Below are positions 40,505 through 53,530 of a stretch of 64,000 bases of DNA, piece by piece. The notes under the pieces are model-generated. The model searched no databases. It had not been told where the DNA came from and saw only the letters and a program-made list of their open reading frames with translations. Positions within the stretch are counted from its first letter, which is position 1. Each line of letters opens with the position of its first letter. The translations under genes and the position numbers were made by a program. Origin of the DNA: Eledone cirrhosa (taxonomy: Eukaryota); the NCBI GenBank assembly GCA_964016885.1, contig OZ024751.1, positions 6,014,001-6,078,000 of the forward strand. The letters are read 5' to 3'.

Positions 40505-40709
40505 GTATATATATATATGTATATATATATATGTAAAATACAGTATGTTGAAAAGGTAACACACCAGAGAGAGATATACAGTGCGTTATCAATAAAACAA
40601 GGAAAAAAACCACCAGTGTATGGAATCTATAACCTATGAAAGGCAGACTATAGACACGATAATTAAAAATATAAATTAAAGCGTAAATAAATACCTCTAT
40701 AACTATATA

Positions 40710-40789
40710 ACACACGCACAAATCCAAAGATATGTTTGACCCGTAATTTGTTGAAAGAAATGGGTTAGCCTCGGTTCATCAGCGTGTGT
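40710..40789 (-). ncRNA. Degenerate type I hammerhead
   Basis: ACACACG CTGATGA ACCG..CGGGT CAAA CATATC TTTG GATTTG TG CGTGTGT: 7-bp stem I and a long stem III, but GAAA reads CAAA and the cleavage base is G. Confidence 0.55.
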
Positions 40790-41070
40790 AAGGCTATACA
40801 TTTCAGACAACACTAAGAGACTTTTAAAATTGACTGTTCTGCTACACGTGGGAGAGAGAAGTCCCAGCTTGTTTAAGGGCACTGAACCAGTGGTCTCTGA
40901 GGGACGAACTGCTAGAAAGGGCAGCCCAAAGCCACTCATAGAAGTGTGCTCAACCAAGCAGAGATAGGAAAGACTGTAATAGGAGCGAAATGCCTCCGTT
41001 AATTTATCGTGATATTTCGCTCCTAGTCTCTCCTATCTCTGTTTGTTTGAGCAAATATATATATATATAT

Positions 41071-41390
41071 AAAGATGAAATTGAAAATGCAACTGTAGTC
41101 TTTTTTTTAAAATATATTTATTTGGTTCCTTTACCGGTTTCACAGTTCTTGTGCTATTCAAAACTATAATTGAGATGGAGGGTTTGTGGTTTTTCGTAAA
41201 CCAGAAACCCTCCATCTCAATTCTACTTTTGAAAAGCACAAGTACTGCGAAACCGGTAAAGGAACCAAATAAATACATTTAAAAAAAAAAATTCCAGTTG
41301 CATTTTCCATTTCATCTTTTTTCCTTATACTTTCACTTGTGTAGGACACCTGGTTTTTTGTCCTTTTGGAAAAAAACCTCACTTTCTAAT
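41071..41390. repeat. About 250-bp palindrome (centre about 41195) plus about 70-bp tail in (TA)n; degenerate HHR in both arms
   Basis: TTGAAAA GCACAAGTACTGC GAAA CCGG TA AAGGAA; right end repeated at 43751-43890. Confidence 0.75.
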
Positions 41391-41689
41391 ATATATATAT
41401 ATAACAATATATATATAATAACAATACTGTTTATACACTATATACTATGTATATACTATATACAATAATATATATATATAATATATATATAATATATATT
41501 TATAATATATATATATATATAATAATAATAATATATACATATAAATATATATATAATAATACTATTTATACACTATACACTATATACAACTATAAATAGG
41601 AAAGGTCAGTAATTTATTACTACCTTATTACCGGTAAGAAAAATAGCTCAATGTAATTTATATATATATATATATATACATATTATTGA

Positions 41690-43740
41690 AGTTCAAGTTG
41701 ATACCTTATCGACGACATTCTAAGGCATACAAATCGTAGAGTGCTTAATCCCTGCTTACAACACCATTGGTGGAAATCACCATTCCACTACTAACGGCTT
41801 GATTCCTACTCCTAACAATAAACTTAAAATCAACTTTAATAGAAAACTTAACAAGATACTTCCCTATAATACTAATAACTCACATACCCCTACCTACAAA
41901 AAATTAAAAAGTAACCTTGACTTACCCATAAACAGTTCTAATAATCATAATGCCACCCGCCGTAAGAGGTCTCGTAATCTTTCCTGGCTAAATCCTCCCT
42001 TCCCGATTAATGTTGCTTCTAACTTCCATAGAATGTTCTCTATCCTGCGGAACAATTTCCTCCCTGGCCACAAATACTATAATCTTTTCAATTAAAATAA
42101 TTTTAAGATTTCTTTTTCTACTATCCGCTACTGTTAACCATAATTGCAATTGCAGAAAAGCTAGGAATTGCCCCGTTAATGGGTAATGCCTTACTAATAA
42201 TGTAGTTTATAAATGCACTAGTAAAACCTCTAATGACGCTCAAACTTACATTGGTGTTACTGCTAACTCTTTCAAGACACGCTTTAATACTCATACACAA
42301 TCTTTTATAAATAGTAGCTAAATATCCTCGACCTCTCTCGCCAGGCTACTAGATACTCCTAAAGTATCTAATATTGAATACCCTAATACAAAGGACTTAA
42401 GGGTCACTGTGATCTCTGTTTATCTGAAGCTTATTTTTTAACATTATCTAAACCCTGCCCAATTAATGACCGCAAGGAAAATGTGATTAATTGCCATCGT
42501 CGGTTCTTATATTCTTTTGCTAACATGATTTTTGATCCCACTTAGATTCTTTTAGTTTAGTTATTAATCTCGCCCTTCTATATCTTATTTTCTCGTCTGT
42601 TTTCTTTTGTTTTCTATTTTACTCCTCCTTTGTTTCCGCCTATGCAATTTACTCCCACTTCTTAACCAATTATTTGTTCCCACCTTATCTAATCTAAACC
42701 TTGCCTGTTCCTGATTTTACCTTATCCGCTCCCACCTGTAGTAATACCTCACCAGCTTGGACCTATTTTTAATGTATCCTTTAAAGTAGAACCTAGACTA
42801 TCTATTTCACGATACTATCTCTAGCTAGTAACTATTTTTTTTAATTTTCACTTGTAATACAACCTTACATTACATACTATTACCTACATATACCTCCCGT
42901 CTTATATATTCCCTGTTTAATTTAATTATCTTTAATTATTTCAATATGTTTTTAATGCGGTCTAACTAATTCCCAATAACATTAAATATTTTCCTTAAGG
43001 TTCGTTCTTATAGTTTCGACCATCATACACCCTCCTATTAATAATTAGATATATTTTTTATTCCTTATCATTAAATAAATTAGTTCTTATGTTTATTTTG
43101 TCCTTAACATCTTACTTTATTCTTGATTTCTCTCCTTTTCTTTTTGTAAGAATACTCACCTCAATTTTCCTACACTGTACTACGTATTTATCTCCCCTGA
43201 TCATTAATTACCTCCCTTTGAAAGTCGCTTGTACGTTCATTTTCGAACCCGAACAAAATGGTAGTTCTAACGGTTTATAACGTGTACCTTTTTAATATCA
43301 AGATTCCACCTTTACTGTAGGTCTATCACTTCGGTGACCAGTTTTGAGTTTTGAGTTAATATGTTATAAATGTTTTTCTTTCGGCTCTGATGAGGACACT
43401 AAGTCACACATTTATTTTTATTTTTACTGTATTAATATCGATTTATAATACGTATTCATACCATCTATGTGCATATCAAGGATTTAGTGTTTGAAACAAA
43501 TTGTCTGTCATTAAAAATATATGTATTCATAAATCATTATTGTTCTTTCCACCATTTTATTTATGATTTTTGCTCTGCCTATAATAATTTTGCTAGGCAC
43601 TTCTTTCCATTTACTGTCTTGGTTTGCTAGTCTAGCAAGCTATACGCATCGAGCAACTAACCTTTTCTCTACTGGCTCGCATTCTGCATAACTAATCATC
43701 TATTTCTCCTCTCGATTGGTTTGCTTGCTTTTTATTCGAT
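41690..43740 (+). mobile_element. Degenerate Penelope-like 3' fragment (GIY-YIG relic) with long 3'UTR and HHR
   Basis: WLNPPF..GHKYYNLFN, CNCRKARNCPVNG.CL..VVYKC..TYIGVT..FKTRFNTH..CDLCL; homologous to 45525-46622. Confidence 0.75.
43383..43510 (+). ncRNA. Type I hammerhead with about 100-nt stem II
   Basis: GGCT CTGATGA GGACACTAAGTC..GATTTAGTGTTT GAAA CAAATTG TC TGTC (GUC site). Confidence 0.7.
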
Positions 43741-43884
43741 ATATATATATGAAACAGGTAAATGAACCAATTAAATATATTTAAAAAAAAAAGGTCCAGT
43801 TGCATTTTCGATTCCTTCTTTTCTCCTTATACTTTCACTCGTGTAGCACACCTCGTTTTTATCATTTTATTTTAAAAACCTCAC

Positions 43885-43936
<52 letters not shown>

Positions 43937-44030
43937 GTGGAACACTGGAAGGTAATATCCGTAGTGGTAGAGCACTCAGTCCAAGGGACGAGTTAGGTAG
44001 GAGTGGTTACACAACAGTTAGTTCACCATA

Positions 44031-44070
44031 CCGAGAACAATTGTTTCACCTTCCCGGATCTTCAGCTCGG
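44031..44070 (-). ncRNA. Minimal hammerhead in the inverted pLTR
   Basis: CCGAG CTGAAGA TCCGGGAAGGT GAAA CAATTG TT CTCGG; palindromic stem III. Confidence 0.8.
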
Positions 44071-44536
44071 GATGTGTATGGTTATAGGAACAGGAAGGAC
44101 AACCGTACGAACGCGCATGCGCAGAAACTCGGACACTTCACACAGGCAATACTAGACTGCGTGCGGGAGGTGTAAGGGAGATAACTGCGAAAGTCCGGAA
44201 AGTTTTTAGGTTGAAAATAAAATAAACAAAATTACAAAGAATCAGTCCGGAGCCTTATAGTTATGCAATAGGTTTTTTGTTGATCTGTGGACAACGTGTG
44301 AAAAATTCACTTCTCGTGTTTAGGCAATCACTATTGCGTAATCTCTACCACTACGGATATTACCTTTCAGTGTTCCACCACTATCTACGTCTCCAGCAGC
44401 GGTCAGAAATTCTCCTCACTACGTAGAAGTTTGGCTTTTAGCAGATTCTTCACCACGTGCGAGTTTGGCTTACTACCCTGAGAGCGCTCTATATATCCTC
44501 GTGTCTTACACAATTTTGCGTCTCATCAACGTTAGT

Positions 44537-46622
44537 ATGGATTTATACGAACTGAATTACTCCCTGAAGAACATTCCAACTCCCTCCAACCATGTTTACC
44601 AAAAGCTCCTCCTACAAAAAGCGGAAGATGTCGTCAGACGCTTAAGATGGCGAGCCCTAGCTTTCGACGGCAAAATTACAGGCACAAACAACACCTTCAA
44701 TCTGAAATTCAGAGCCTACCCTCCTAAGGTAACCGAACTTGCTCCTTTCGAGACGGACCTTCTTGACTTAGTCGCCAACATATCCTTTCGCAAACACACT
44801 TGCACCTTTCAAACGAAACTCAGAAACGATATTAAGAAATTTAGGTCTTCTAATAACACCTTCGTCCTTTCCGACAAAACTAATAATATTTACGAAGTCG
44901 ACAACACCACTTTGCGCCACCTGGCCCATAACACTATTACTTCTAAATATAAGAAAGCTAACCCTATGGTCTACCACGACATTAATACAGAAGCCAAGGA
45001 ACTCGCCACCAACCTTAATGTAGATAAGAAGCTACAATCTCTAGCTAAGCGGGAGGCGTTCCTCACCCTGAAAGATCACAAGGTAGAATTTACTTTTAAC
45101 CCCACATGTAGACTAATAAACCAGGCACGCACAGATATGGGACTAGTCAGTAAGGCCATACTTAGAAACATAGTTAAGACCATTAGGACCAAGTCCAACC
45201 TGCCCCAGTGGGAGAACAGCGACTCTGTTAATAAGTGGTTCAACTCCTTAAAATCCCAAAAAGCGAAGTTCACACAGTTTGACATTGTCGATTTTTACCC
45301 GTCGATCTCAGAGACCCTGTTAAACAAAGCGTTGGACTTCGCTACCACTTATACCACCGTCGATAGTTTAGACAGGGAAATCATCGGTCACTGCCGGAAA
45401 ACCCTCCTCTTCAACGACGGAGTAGCCTGGGCAAAGAAGTCTACATCTTCAGACGTCTCCATGGGATCGTTTGACAGTGCTGACGTATGTGACTTGGTTG
45501 GCCTTTTTATCTTAGACATATTACGTGTTAGATTCCCGGACTTCCACACGGGAATATACCATGACGATGGGACTGATTTTATCGAGCCATAAAAGTGGTC
45601 ACGACCTTGACCGGTTTACAAAAGACTTAGCTTCTACCTTCAATGAGTTAGGCCTTAGGATAACAGTAGCCACCAACATCTCTAGCGTAGACATTAATTT
45701 AGACCCTCGCACCCACACCCACAGACCCTTCCATAATCTAAACGAGAAACCTAATTACATTCACAAGGACTCATGCCACCTTCCCACTGTTTTTAGAAAC
45801 TTCGTTAAGAATATCAGTACTAGAATCTCAAACCTCTCCTCTAATAAGGCTATCTTTGACTGGGTGGCACCCTACTATAACACGGCGTTGGCTAACAGCG
45901 GCTTCTCACAACCTATCACCTACTCTCCCACTAGCAACAACATGATTAAGAAAATTAAGCGCATCAATGGACAAACTATCTGGTTCTTTCTTCCCTTCTC
46001 ACGCAACGTTAAAACCAATGTAGGAAAAACATTTCTAGCCCTCTTAGATAGACACTTCCCCATAGGTCATAAATACCGTTCCATCTTTAACAAAGTTAAA
46101 CTAGGATACTCCTGCGCTAAGAACATGAAGGCCCACATCACAAGCAACCCTAGGAGCAACACCCCAATAGGGTGCTCTTGCCGTAAGCCTGAAGCTTGCC
46201 CCTTTCAACAGCAATGCAACACTCCAGCTGTAATCTATGAAGCTGTGGTCACTTCCAACCGACCAAACGAACCACAGGAGGTCAAATCCTATATGGGCAT
46301 GGCGGAGGGCCGATTCAAGGAGCGTTTCCTGAGCCACCAGTCTACCTTCAGATACCCGGACAGACGTTCATCCACGAAACTCGCGAGCCACGTATGGTCC
46401 CTCAAGGACTCAAGTATTGGCTACTCCATTCAATGGAAAGCCATCACTAAGTCCAAGCCATACGAAAGGGGAAATCCGACGTGTGGCTTATGTAATGACG
46501 AACGAATATCTATCCTAAAGAGATTATGCAATAGTGATTGCCTAAACACGAGAAGTGAATTTATCACACGTTGTCCACACGTCACCAAATATCTATTGCA
46601 TAACTACAAGGCTCCGGACTGA
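44537..46622 (+). pseudogene. PLE RT-GIY-YIG ORF split by a frameshift near 45570
   Basis: SDKT, TLKDHK..CRLIN, FDIVDFYPSI, SMGS, GIYHDDG; VIYEAVV..YMGMAE.RFKERF..H; CGLCNDE; LNTRSE. Confidence 0.9.
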
Positions 46623-46792
46623 TTCTTTGTAATTTATTTTATTTTATTTTCAACCTAAAAACTTTTCGGACTTTCGCAGTTATCTCCCTTACACCTCCCG
46701 CGCGCAGTCGAGTATTGTCTGTGTGAAGTGACCGTGTTTCTGCGCATGCGCGTTCGTACGGTTGTCTTCCTCTTCCTATAACCATACACATC

Positions 46793-46832
46793 CCGAGCTG
46801 AAGATTCGCGAAGGTGAAACAATTGTTCTCGG
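46793..46832 (+). ncRNA. Minimal hammerhead in the 3' pLTR
   Basis: CCGAG CTGAAGA TTCGCGAAGGT GAAA CAATTG TT CTCGG. Confidence 0.8.
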
Positions 46833-47091
46833 TATGGTGAACTAACTTGTGTAACCACTTCTCTCTCTCTATATATATATATATGAATGGAGGCGGTGAA
46901 AACCAGTTAGACCTTTACTCACCAGAGTATGGATACTTGGGATAGTAGAGTGGGTAATATGAAAAGGTTAGTGGGTAATAAGAATAACAGGACTCCGGCG
47001 GCTGTGCCCTGCCGTTACGACAGCTAGATCCCAATCCAGAGTACGGATCTCGCTATTGAAACGTCTGCAACTCAGCCGTTAGGGTCCTGAT

Positions 47092-47220
<129 letters not shown>

Positions 47221-47338
47221 AATAAGAGGAATTCCAACTTTGCCTGATTTACTCGTTTTATTTACAATACTTTAAAATATATATAATATGGTATTATAAT
47301 GAAATAGTATGTTAGAATGTTAAATTCTAAGTGTTAAT

Positions 47339-47377
47339 TGAACAAGTACTTTCATGCTTTCGCAATCTTCAGGTTCA
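47339..47377 (-). ncRNA. Minimal hammerhead in the 3' pLTR (second copy at 51515-51553)
   Basis: TGAAC CTGAAGA TTGCGAAAGCAT GAAA GTAC TT GTTCA. Confidence 0.82.
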
Positions 47378-47760
47378 TGATATGTGGTGACAGTCGAGTT
47401 TGCAATTTTCAACTGTAATGAGATGGGTAAATTTACTACCTTTTATACATTTTATACAGAGAAAAGTGGCTCCAGAATGCAAAGCCCTGTAAACTGTATT
47501 TCGACCAATCAGTGTGTAGTTTCACTGAATTACTACAGCTGATTGGTTTAAGCGTCACGGCTGGTTGAGCATGCTAACGACCAATGGTCATACCCAACGT
47601 ATCAATTGTTTTGCTTTTTGAAATGATGAAAATAGCATTTTCTATTAATCATCACCATCAACATCACTTTTATTATTATTATTATTATTATTGTTGTTGT
47701 TGTTGTTGTTGTTAGTGGTCGTGGTCATAGTGGTAGTAGAAGTAATACCCCTAGGCGTTA

Positions 47761-49960
47761 TTATTGTTCATTTAGCTTGGGTTTGAATTTATCAATAAAA
47801 TTCTTTTCTTTGATTTTTCTCTTGATTTCACTTGGGCTGTGTAATTTGTAGAATGGGAATATTATAAATATTCCCTGACCACATGTTGCCAGGTGGCCGC
47901 TTAGGGGTATCTGACGGACATTTGGGTCTCTGATTTGTTGACGGTGTACCCGTGCACGTTCCGATAGTGCATTTCCAGTTTGACCGACATATAGTTCTTC
48001 ACAATTCGGGCATTTAATGCAGTAAATTAGATTTCTGCTTTTGCAGTTCATATTTGCATTTGGGAATATTTTTCCAGTTTTTGTTTTCATATATTGACCG
48101 GCGTGTATGGATTGACATGTGCCGCATCGATTATCATTGCATTTAGATACAGTGAATGATTGGTCTTTGTTGTTAAGGTCAAACTTTGCTTTTGTTAGCA
48201 ATTGCTTCAAATTTTTGGCTGTCTTTTACTAAGAGTCAAAGATCGATCTGTGATTAAGCCTTTTAATTCATTACTTTGAGCAATGATCGGTAGGTTTGCT
48301 TCGGCAGTGTTGAATATATTCTGGTGACATGGGTTGTGTGTCATTATAAATGGTATGACCAGTTCTTGGTTTCTTCTTCCTTGGGTTGTTCTAAGTTGTT
48401 GTATAGGTATTTTTATAGCCCGCTGTATGCCATTTTCTATAAGTAGAAATGGGTATTTTTGTTTGAGCAAAAATTCTCTTAGTTCTGTTAGGCGTTTGTA
48501 CCTGGTATTCGTATCTTCTACAATGGTACAAATTCTTCTGGCTAGGCAGTATGGGATGTTGCGTTTTGTATGAGGTGGATGGCACGACTTAAAATTCAGA
48601 TATTGATGGGTGTCTGTGTGTTTATAATATATATCCGTGGTAATGGTGGTGTCGTTTTTGATTATCATTATATCTAGGAATGGTAATTTGGTCCTACTCA
48701 TCTCTTTTGTGAATTGGAGAGATGGGTGTAGGTTATTCAGGAGGATATTGAACTCATCCAGAGTATCTAGAGATTCTGTCCAGATGATGAAACAGTCGTC
48801 AAGTTATCTCTTCCAAGATTTTTCAATGTACTTTCTAAAGTCAGTACTATATTTTTCCTCTATTTCTTGGTAGAATTGTATCCCATTACAGAGTTCACGT
48901 AAACGGGAACAAACTTCGTTCCCATCGCTGTGCCTCTAATGTGGATGTAATTCTTTCCATTGAAGAAGAAACTGTTGTTTTCCGGAATAAGTTTAACTGC
49001 GTCTATGAATCACTTCTCTATGTTTTTCCACCCAGTATTTAACCGCCTTTATTCCTAAATCATGTGTAATGTTGGTGTAAAGGCTTACCACATCAAAACT
49101 GAGTAGAAGTGAATTCGTTTCCGTGGTTTTGGGAAGATGGGACAGGAAGTCGATATCCTCCCGGATGAAACTGGGTATGGGAATACATAGTGGTTTCAAA
49201 ATAATGTCAACAAAATTGCTTAGACGGTGGGTGGGCATGTTGGACCAGCTATAATAGGTCTAAGTTTTAAGTCTTTTGGGTGTAATAATTTAATGTACTC
49301 ACTGTTTTGTTCTCTTACTGCCAGTTGTATTTCTTTTGACTTATGAACTTTCGGTAGGCCATACAGGTTGCTGGGTTTCGGCTCAAAATTGGTGATGTAT
49401 TCTCTTTCCTTATCAGTAAGTGAGTTGTGGTATTTTGAAGCCAGGTTGTTGATCTTCTTCATGATGTTGTAGTCTATATTTGACGGTATTTCATGATAGA
49501 ATGTTGTGTCTTTCAGTTGTTCCTCAACCAAATCCTTGTAGTATTCCGTATCCATTATAACAACTGCACCCCCTTTATCTGCTTGTTTAATTATTATTGT
49601 TTTATCATTTTGTATACGTTTAAATGCAGACATTTCTGATTTGTTAATGTTTGGCCTAACATTAGTATTATGTCTAAGAGGAAATTTAGACAGGATGTCA
49701 ATGTATTGGTCGAGATAGATATTTCTTCCTTTTGGCGGAGTTAAATTTGATTTATTCTTTACTAGTGATTCATCACTCTCATTACTTTTATCAGTGAAGA
49801 AATCTACAAGACGTAATTTTCGACAGAATTCTTGGGTATCCTCCTTCAGTTCTTGGTGGTTGTCTGTTGGAGTCGGTGTGAATTTCAGTCCTTTTGACAG
49901 AATTTGCATTTCATCATTGTCAAGATCTCTTTTAGATAAATTAATTATTTTAGGATCTAC
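47761..49960 (-). pseudogene. PLE RT + GIY-YIG, several frameshifts
   Basis: LSKGLKF.P, ADKGG, YGLPKVHK..LRPII, FDVVSLYTNI, PFLD, TDIYYK.T; CNDNRCGTC linker; LIYCIKCPNCEELYVGQT..R..H..H. Confidence 0.9.
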
Positions 49961-51306
49961 GTGTACAGTTGATTTGGATATGTTTCCTCCTGGAGTTTTT
50001 CTTTTTCCGGTTTTTGTTGTCCTGACGTTAAAAAATAGATTTTTCTCTGTTCAGGATTTATATTCCTGTTGGTGTTCGCTTGATGAACTTTTGGTCGTGA
50101 TATTATATTTGGTTTCGTTATGTATTTTGTCCTATTTTTGGTATTCTGTATATTATTTTTCTTCCTGTTAGCATTATTTTTAACAATCTGGGGAAATGAC
50201 CTAGGTTTGCTTTCAGGTTTAGATCGTTTTTTCGTCCAGTTTCTTGTGGGCAATCTCTGTTGAGATCTTGAGAGTGATCTGGTTATTCTACGTTTTGTTT
50301 CCACATTCCTTGTTGGTAGTCTCTGTTGAGATCTTGAGAATGATCTCCTGGTTTTACTACTTCTCATGGTCTGGTCAAAGGAATACCTATCGTGTTTGTG
50401 CTTTTTGTTCATGTTGTGTGCGATAGGGTGTTTTTGTCGAAAAAGCGAAGAGTTATTACCGTAGTTCTTCTTTGATTCAAGGTAGGGTGAGTGTTTGTGT
50501 TGGCACGTGTTCTGGCGTATGTTGTGTTGATGAGATTGTCCACTTTTAATGCTTTTTCTCAGGGTTCCAGAGTCTTTACCGTAATTTGCAGCATATTCAT
50601 CGAGAAATAATTGTTTCTGCTGCCATACCTTTCTTGATTTGTTTTCTTCGTTTGAGATATCTCCGATCCATAGTTCTCGTAGTTTTTCAGCTATAATACC
50701 AGTCGTTAGCTTTGAAATTTCAACTTCAATTTGGTTATCAATAGCTTCATATTTGGCTTTGTAGCGGGATTGTTTACATTCAGAAATGGAGATGTCGGTT
50801 CTGAATTTTGTCAATGTAAGTTCCCATCGGAGTTTTGTTTCTTCTTCTGGTTCTCCTGCAATTTCTGTAATTAGGTATTTACGAGGGAGTATGGGTGCCG
50901 TTAGAGAGAGCCATTTCGAATGTGTTTCGACATATTTTTCGCATCTGTATGCTTTCCAGAAATTTTGTTTTCTTATGTTAAGGAATTTTTTCCATGTCTT
51001 CCACATTTCTTTTCTTATTGGATGTGTTTTGTTTTCCAAATTTCTTTCGTTTATTTCTGACATCCAAGGGGGTTGTGGTAGGCTTTCTCTTGTATCTTTG
51101 ATAACTGTTGGTATAATTTCAGCTAAATTCTTAATTTCAGAGTTTATATGTTCAGTTATAAGTTTTCCGTCTGTAGATTGTTTTTCTATTTCCTTTAAAG
51201 TAGAGGATTGTGTGTCCATCATCGTGATAAGTGTTGATAATTTCGATGATATCTCCTTTAGAATTCTTTCTGATTCTGTTGGTTTCATTTGTTGCTTTCC
51301 AGACAT
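49957..51306 (-). CDS. PLE upstream ORF or N-terminal extension (helical N-half, basic Arg/Ser-rich C-half), about 449 aa from MSGKQQ
   Basis: Long open frame between the 5' pLTR and the RT, same strand; no recognisable domain. Confidence 0.65.
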   Translation of the reverse strand: MSGKQQMKPTESERILKEISSKLSTLITMMDTQSSTLKEIEKQSTDGKLITEHINSEIKNLAEIIPTVIKDTRESLPQPPWMSEINERNLENKTHPIRKEMWKTWKKFLNIRKQNFWKAYRCEKYVETHSKWLSLTAPILPRKYLITEIAGEPEEETKLRWELTLTKFRTDISISECKQSRYKAKYEAIDNQIEVEISKLTTGIIAEKLRELWIGDISNEENKSRKVWQQKQLFLDEYAANYGKDSGTLRKSIKSGQSHQHNIRQNTCQHKHSPYLESKKNYGNNSSLFRQKHPIAHNMNKKHKHDRYSFDQTMRSSKTRRSFSRSQQRLPTRNVETKRRITRSLSRSQQRLPTRNWTKKRSKPESKPRSFPQIVKNNANRKKNNIQNTKNRTKYITKPNIISRPKVHQANTNRNINPEQRKIYFLTSGQQKPEKEKLQEETYPNQLYT

Positions 51307-52406
51307 GTTGGCATATACACAATAGGAATATATATATATAGATATAGATAGGTAAATATACACGGGTGTGTATGATTGTGTATAGAAGATTATATTAATA
51401 AGAGGAATTCCAACTTTGTCTGATTTACTCGTTTTATTTACAATCCTTTAAAATATATATAATATGGTATTATAATGAAATAGTATGATAGAATATTAAA
51501 TTCTAAGTCTTAATTGAACAAGTACTTTCATGCTTTCGCAATCTTCAGGTTCATGATATGTGGTGACAGTCGAGTTTGCAATTTTCAACTGTAATGAGAT
51601 GGGTAAATTTACTACCTTTTATACATTTTATACAGAGAAAAGTGGCTCCAGAATGCAAAGCCCTGTAAACTGTATTTCGACCAATCAGTGTGTAGTTTCA
51701 CTGAATTACTACAGCTGATTGGTTTAAGCGTCACGGCTGGTTGAGCATGCTAACGACCAATGGTCATACCCAACGTATCAATTGTTTTGCTTTTTGAAAT
51801 GATGAAAATAGCATTTTCTATTAATCATCACCATCAACATCACTTTTATTATTATTATTATTATTATTGTTGTTGTTGTTGTTGTTGTTAGTGGTCGTGG
51901 TCATAGTGGTAGTAGAAGTAATACCCCTAGGCGTTATTATTGTTCATTTAGCTTGGGTTTGAATTTATCAATAAAATTCTTTTCTTTGATTTTTCTCTTG
52001 ATTTCACTTGGGCTGTGTAATTTGTAGAATGGGAATATTATAAATATTCCCTGACCACATGTTGCCAGGTGGCCGCTTAGGGGTATCTGACGGACATTTG
52101 GGTCTCTGATTTGTTGACGGTGTACCCGTGCACGTTCCGATAGTGCATTTCCAGTTTGACCGACATATAGTTCTTCACAATTCGGGCATTTAATGCAGTA
52201 AATTAGATTTCTGCTTTTGCAGTTCATATTTGCATTTGGGAATATTTTTCCAGTTTTTGTTTTCATATATTGACCGGCGTGTATGGATTGACATGTGCCG
52301 CATATATATATATATCACAGAATAAAGAGAATCAGTGTTGCGACGAAAGGAATTTATTGGACATATTACAATTGATTCTCGAGCGACCAGCTCGAGGCAG
52401 GTAGAA

Positions 52407-52467
<61 letters not shown>

Positions 52468-52977
52468 TGTGTGTGTGTCTGTGTGTGTGTGTGTGTGTGT
52501 GGCATGGCGTGTGAAAGTATGTGTACGCAAAAAAATGATTTGAAAGATTTCGTTAGGTGATGTTATTAGATATATATATCCATATGTACTTGACAAACAG
52601 GAGAAAAGAGTACTCAATACCGTACTACAATATAAACATTCACTAATGGCTAAATATTGAATGTTGTTACACTGGAGTTTCATCTTCTAGAAAAGACCGC
52701 TTAGTGTACAGTTTAACCTCCAAAGTAACAAGTCCTTCTACTTAGTGGGCATAATTAATAAAAATATATATAATATAATGAATAAATAACTAACCAGGGC
52801 TTTATGCATTATATCATTTATTTACGCACGTTTCGTTCAAATAAACATGTAAATAGCATGATATTCCTCTGTATTGGATCCCTCAGAATCATTAAATAAA
52901 ACAAAAAAGATTGTTTTTTTACAAACCACATTTCCGAATGACTCCAAACACGAAGCAATTGTGAACAATTCTAAACT

Positions 52978-53147
<170 letters not shown>

Positions 53148-53238
53148 GGGGGGCCCCAACATTACCTGTACAGGCAATATTTATTCGAATGCACAGTGTG
53201 TGAGTTTAGACCTTTTGGAGCACTCTGTATATATATAT

Positions 53239-53275
<37 letters not shown>

Positions 53276-53277
<2 letters not shown>

Positions 53278-53530
53278 AGAGATGTCAACATGAATGGACC
53301 TATTATTTTTATCTAAAGTCAATTTTTCCAATTACATCCCACCCGTCCGCTTAATCTATTTTATTTCTCATTATTTCTTCTGATGAAGGATAAGCGTCCG
53401 AAACGTTAAGACCCTCTTCCTGCTATATCAAGCGTTAACCTAATATATACCTTCCATATACTGTACCGATTGTGTTGTTATTTCTATTTATATATATATA
53501 TATATATACATTTATTTATAATACCGTGTG
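53276..53530 (+). ncRNA. About 215-bp HHR-bearing element in (TA)n (HHR at 53376-53411)
   Basis: TCTT CTGATGA AGGATAAGCGTCC GAAA CG TT AAGA; diverged copy on - at 61090-61304. Confidence 0.82.

Larger units (their letters stand above)
43931..46860 (+). mobile_element. Penelope-like element with inverted 5' pseudo-LTR, inserted in (TA)n
   Basis: 44002-44346 is the reverse complement of 46519-46859; RT and GIY-YIG ORFs lie between. Confidence 0.92.
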
